Origin: a virus
Lineage: Duplodnaviria; Heunggongvirae; Uroviricota; Caudoviricetes
Virus record (IMG/VR): IMGVR_UViG_2698536549_000008
Strand: one strand, 5' to 3'
Length of the DNA: 9,140 bases
Below the pieces are notes generated by a model. That model did not search any database. It worked only from the letters and a program-made list of their open reading frames with translations, and had not been told where the DNA came from. This document shows positions 7,284-9,140 of the stretch, piece after piece. Position 1 is the first letter of the stretch. Each line of letters begins with the position of its first letter. The translations under genes and the position numbers were made by a program.

Positions 7284-8312
7284 ATGGGATTGTTTACGAC
7301 CCGCCAGTTACTCGGTTATACCGAACAAAAAGTGAAATTTCGTGCGCTGTTTCTGGAGCTGTTTTTCCGCCGTACGGTGAATTTCCACACCGAAGAGGTG
7401 ATGCTGGATAAAATTACCGGAAAAACGCCGGTGGCAGCCTATGTCTCCCCGGTTGTTGAAGGAAAAGTGCTGCGTCATCGTGGTGGTGAAACCCGCGTGT
7501 TGCGTCCGGGCTACGTCAAGCCGAAACACGAATTTAATTACCAGCAGGCGGTGGAGCGCCTTCCCGGTGAAGATCCGGCGCAGCTGAACGACCCGGCCTA
7601 CCGTCGTCTGCGTATCATCACCGATAACCTCAAACAGGAAGAGCACGCCATTGTCCAGGTGGAAGAAATGCAGGCGGTGAATGCCGTTCTGTATGGCAAA
7701 TACACCATGGAAGGGGAGCAGTTTGATACTGTCGAGGTTGATTTCGGGCGCTCTGAAGGAAATAACATTGAGCAGGCTGACGGTAAAAAATGGTCTGAGC
7801 AGGACCGTGATACGTTTGATCCGACGCATGATATTGACCTCTACTGCGATCAGGCCAGCGGTCTTGTGAATATCGCCATTATGGACGGTACGGTCTGGCG
7901 TCTGCTGAATGGCTTTAAGCTGTTCCGCGAAAAACTGGATACCCGTCGCGGCTCAAATTCACAACTCGAAACGGCAGTGAAAGACCTGGGGGCGGTGGTG
8001 TCTTTCAAGGGGTATTACGGTGATCTGGCCATTGTGGTGGCGAAAACATCTTATGTGGCAGAGGACGGTACCGAAAAACGTTATCTGCCGGAGGGCACGC
8101 TGGTCCTGGGAAATACGGCTGCTGATGGCATCCGTTGCTATGGTGCCATTCAGGATGCGCAGGCGTTGTCCGAAGGTGTGGTGGCCTCTTCCCGTTATCC
8201 GAAACACTGGCTGACCGTTGGCGATCCGGCCCGTGAATTCACCATGACGCAGTCCGCTCCGCTGATGGTGCTGCCGGATCCGGATGAGTTTGTGGTGGTT
8301 CAGGTGAAATAA
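7284..8312 (+). CDS. E: Major capsid protein (gpE-like)
   Basis: 342 aa vs 341 for lambda gpE; collinear throughout (PGYVKPKHE, QVEEMQAVNAVLYGKYTMEGE, KLDTRRGSNSQLETAVKDLG, TGDPAREFTMTQSAPLM, PDEFV); SD-like AAAGGA upstream. Confidence 0.95.
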   Translation: MGLFTTRQLLGYTEQKVKFRALFLELFFRRTVNFHTEEVMLDKITGKTPVAAYVSPVVEGKVLRHRGGETRVLRPGYVKPKHEFNYQQAVERLPGEDPAQLNDPAYRRLRIITDNLKQEEHAIVQVEEMQAVNAVLYGKYTMEGEQFDTVEVDFGRSEGNNIEQADGKKWSEQDRDTFDPTHDIDLYCDQASGLVNIAIMDGTVWRLLNGFKLFREKLDTRRGSNSQLETAVKDLGAVVSFKGYYGDLAIVVAKTSYVAEDGTEKRYLPEGTLVLGNTAADGIRCYGAIQDAQALSEGVVASSRYPKHWLTVGDPAREFTMTQSAPLMVLPDPDEFVVVQVK

Positions 8313-8319
8313 TCCGTGA

Positions 8320-8349
8320 GCGGGGGCGATATGCCCCCGTGTCTTTTTT
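8320..8349 (+). terminator. Putative rho-independent terminator or attenuator after the major capsid gene
   Basis: GC-rich hairpin CGGGGGC(8321-8327) / loop GATAT / GCCCCCG(8333-8339), followed by TGTCTTTTTT (8340-8349), starting 8 nt after the E stop. Confidence 0.6.
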
Positions 8350-8363
8350 CACAGAGGGCTGAG

Positions 8364-8747
8364 ATGGCAACAAAAGAAGAAAATCAGAAACGTCTTCGTG
8401 AACTGGCTGGCCTGCTGGGGCGCGAGGCAGATATGTCGGGGAGTGCAGCGGATATTGCTCAACGTGTGTCTGAGTGGGAAGAGGAGCTTGCTGTTTCCCC
8501 GGAAGGCATTATGCACTCTGATGAGAGCGGGTCTGATCAAAATTACACAGACGATGGTGAGCAGTTGAACAACACTGATGCTCCGGATGATGTTAAAGCC
8601 GTCCGGGTACGGAAGTGCCTGCAAGTGATGGGGTATTGCCCGGAGACAGGTCGTCCCGTTGAGCTGGCGTTACGGGGTATGCGTGTTCTGGTGCCATCAT
8701 CACTGGCAACGGCCATGATACAGCACGGAGCGGCTGAGTATGCGTGA
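8364..8747 (+). CDS. FI: DNA-packaging accessory protein (gpFI-like)
   Basis: Position between E and FII as in lambda; 127 aa, similar to lambda gpFI length, acidic central region; GAGGG SD 5 nt upstream of ATG 8364. The track ORF start at 8316 lies inside the terminator hairpin with no SD, so the internal ATG is preferred. Sequence similarity to lambda FI is weak, so the call rests largely on synteny. Confidence 0.75.
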   Translation: MATKEENQKRLRELAGLLGREADMSGSAADIAQRVSEWEEELAVSPEGIMHSDESGSDQNYTDDGEQLNNTDAPDDVKAVRVRKCLQVMGYCPETGRPVELALRGMRVLVPSSLATAMIQHGAAEYA

Positions 8748-9093
8748 TTTTCAGAATGCCTTTGATGCCGCCCTTGCGGGGGTGGACAGCACGATTGTTG
8801 AAGTGATGGGGATCCGTGCGCAGTTCACCTCCGGAGCACAACGTGGCGGTGAAGTTCAGGGGGTTTTTGACGATCCGGAGTCGCTGGGTTTTGCCGGTGG
8901 CGGGGTCCGTATTGAAGGAAGCAGCCCGTCATTATTTGTGCGGACGGATACGGTGCGTGCTGTGCGGCGTGGTGACACGCTGACCATTAACGGCGAGATA
9001 TTCTGGGTGGATCGTGTTTCTCCGGATGACGGGGGCAGCTGTTATCTCTGGCTCAACCGTGGGCAACCACCCGCTCTTAACCGGCGACGATAA
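8740..9093 (+). CDS. FII: Head-tail joining protein (gpFII-like)
   Basis: 117 aa, same as lambda gpFII; GVFDDPES, VRIEGSSPSLFVRTD, RRGDTLTI, FWVDRVSPDDGGSCYLWL, NRRR* align with lambda FII; start overlaps the FI stop by 8 nt. Confidence 0.9.
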   Translation: MRDFQNAFDAALAGVDSTIVEVMGIRAQFTSGAQRGGEVQGVFDDPESLGFAGGGVRIEGSSPSLFVRTDTVRAVRRGDTLTINGEIFWVDRVSPDDGGSCYLWLNRGQPPALNRRR

Positions 9094-9108
9094 ACGCAGG
9101 GTGAAATT

Positions 9109-9140
9109 ATGGCGATAAAAGGGCTTGATCAGGCGATTGA
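9109..9140 (+). CDS. Z: Tail completion protein (gpZ-like), 5' fragment truncated by the window end
   Basis: ATG 9109 gives MAIKGLDQAI..., matching the lambda gpZ N-terminus MAIKGLEQA as recalled; lies 15 nt after the FII stop with an SD-like AGGG upstream. Only 10 codons are visible. Confidence 0.6.
   Translation, partial: MAIKGLDQAI

Noticed and set aside
7308-7829. 173-aa minus-strand ORF antisense to the major capsid gene E
   Set aside because: Antisense to a highly conserved capsid gene; no SD; likely chance ORF.
8316-8363. Upstream extension of FI to ATG 8316 (MSGGDMPPCLFSQRAE...)
   Set aside because: These codons are the terminator hairpin and T-tract; there is no SD before 8316, whereas ATG 8364 has GAGGG at proper spacing.
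1-9140. Search for CRISPR repeats, tRNA/tmRNA, integrase/att sites, transposase or IS ends
   Set aside because: No regularly spaced direct repeats, no cloverleaf-like tRNA segments and no recombinase-like ORFs were seen; the window is filled by late phage genes.

Overview
This window is a canonical lambda-like (lambdoid) phage or prophage late region, not an undescribed system. All genes are on the + strand in lambda order: the end of the lysis cassette (Rz with embedded Rz1, broken by a 100-N gap), a lambda-type cos site (cosN GGGCGGCGACCT at 932-943), then the DNA-packaging and head module Nu1, A, W, B, C (with in-frame Nu3), D, E, FI, FII and the first codons of Z. Calls rest on reading the translations against lambda protein sequences recalled from memory, where identity looks like roughly two-thirds by eye; no database search or computed alignment was possible. 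The features that depart from the lambda template are a 32-codon membrane-peptide ORF abutting Rz, a very short Rz-to-cos interval with no bor-like cargo, a triplicated motif in the C/Nu3 scaffold region, and an intrinsic terminator after the major capsid gene. No tRNA, rRNA, CRISPR array, transposase or integrase is visible.
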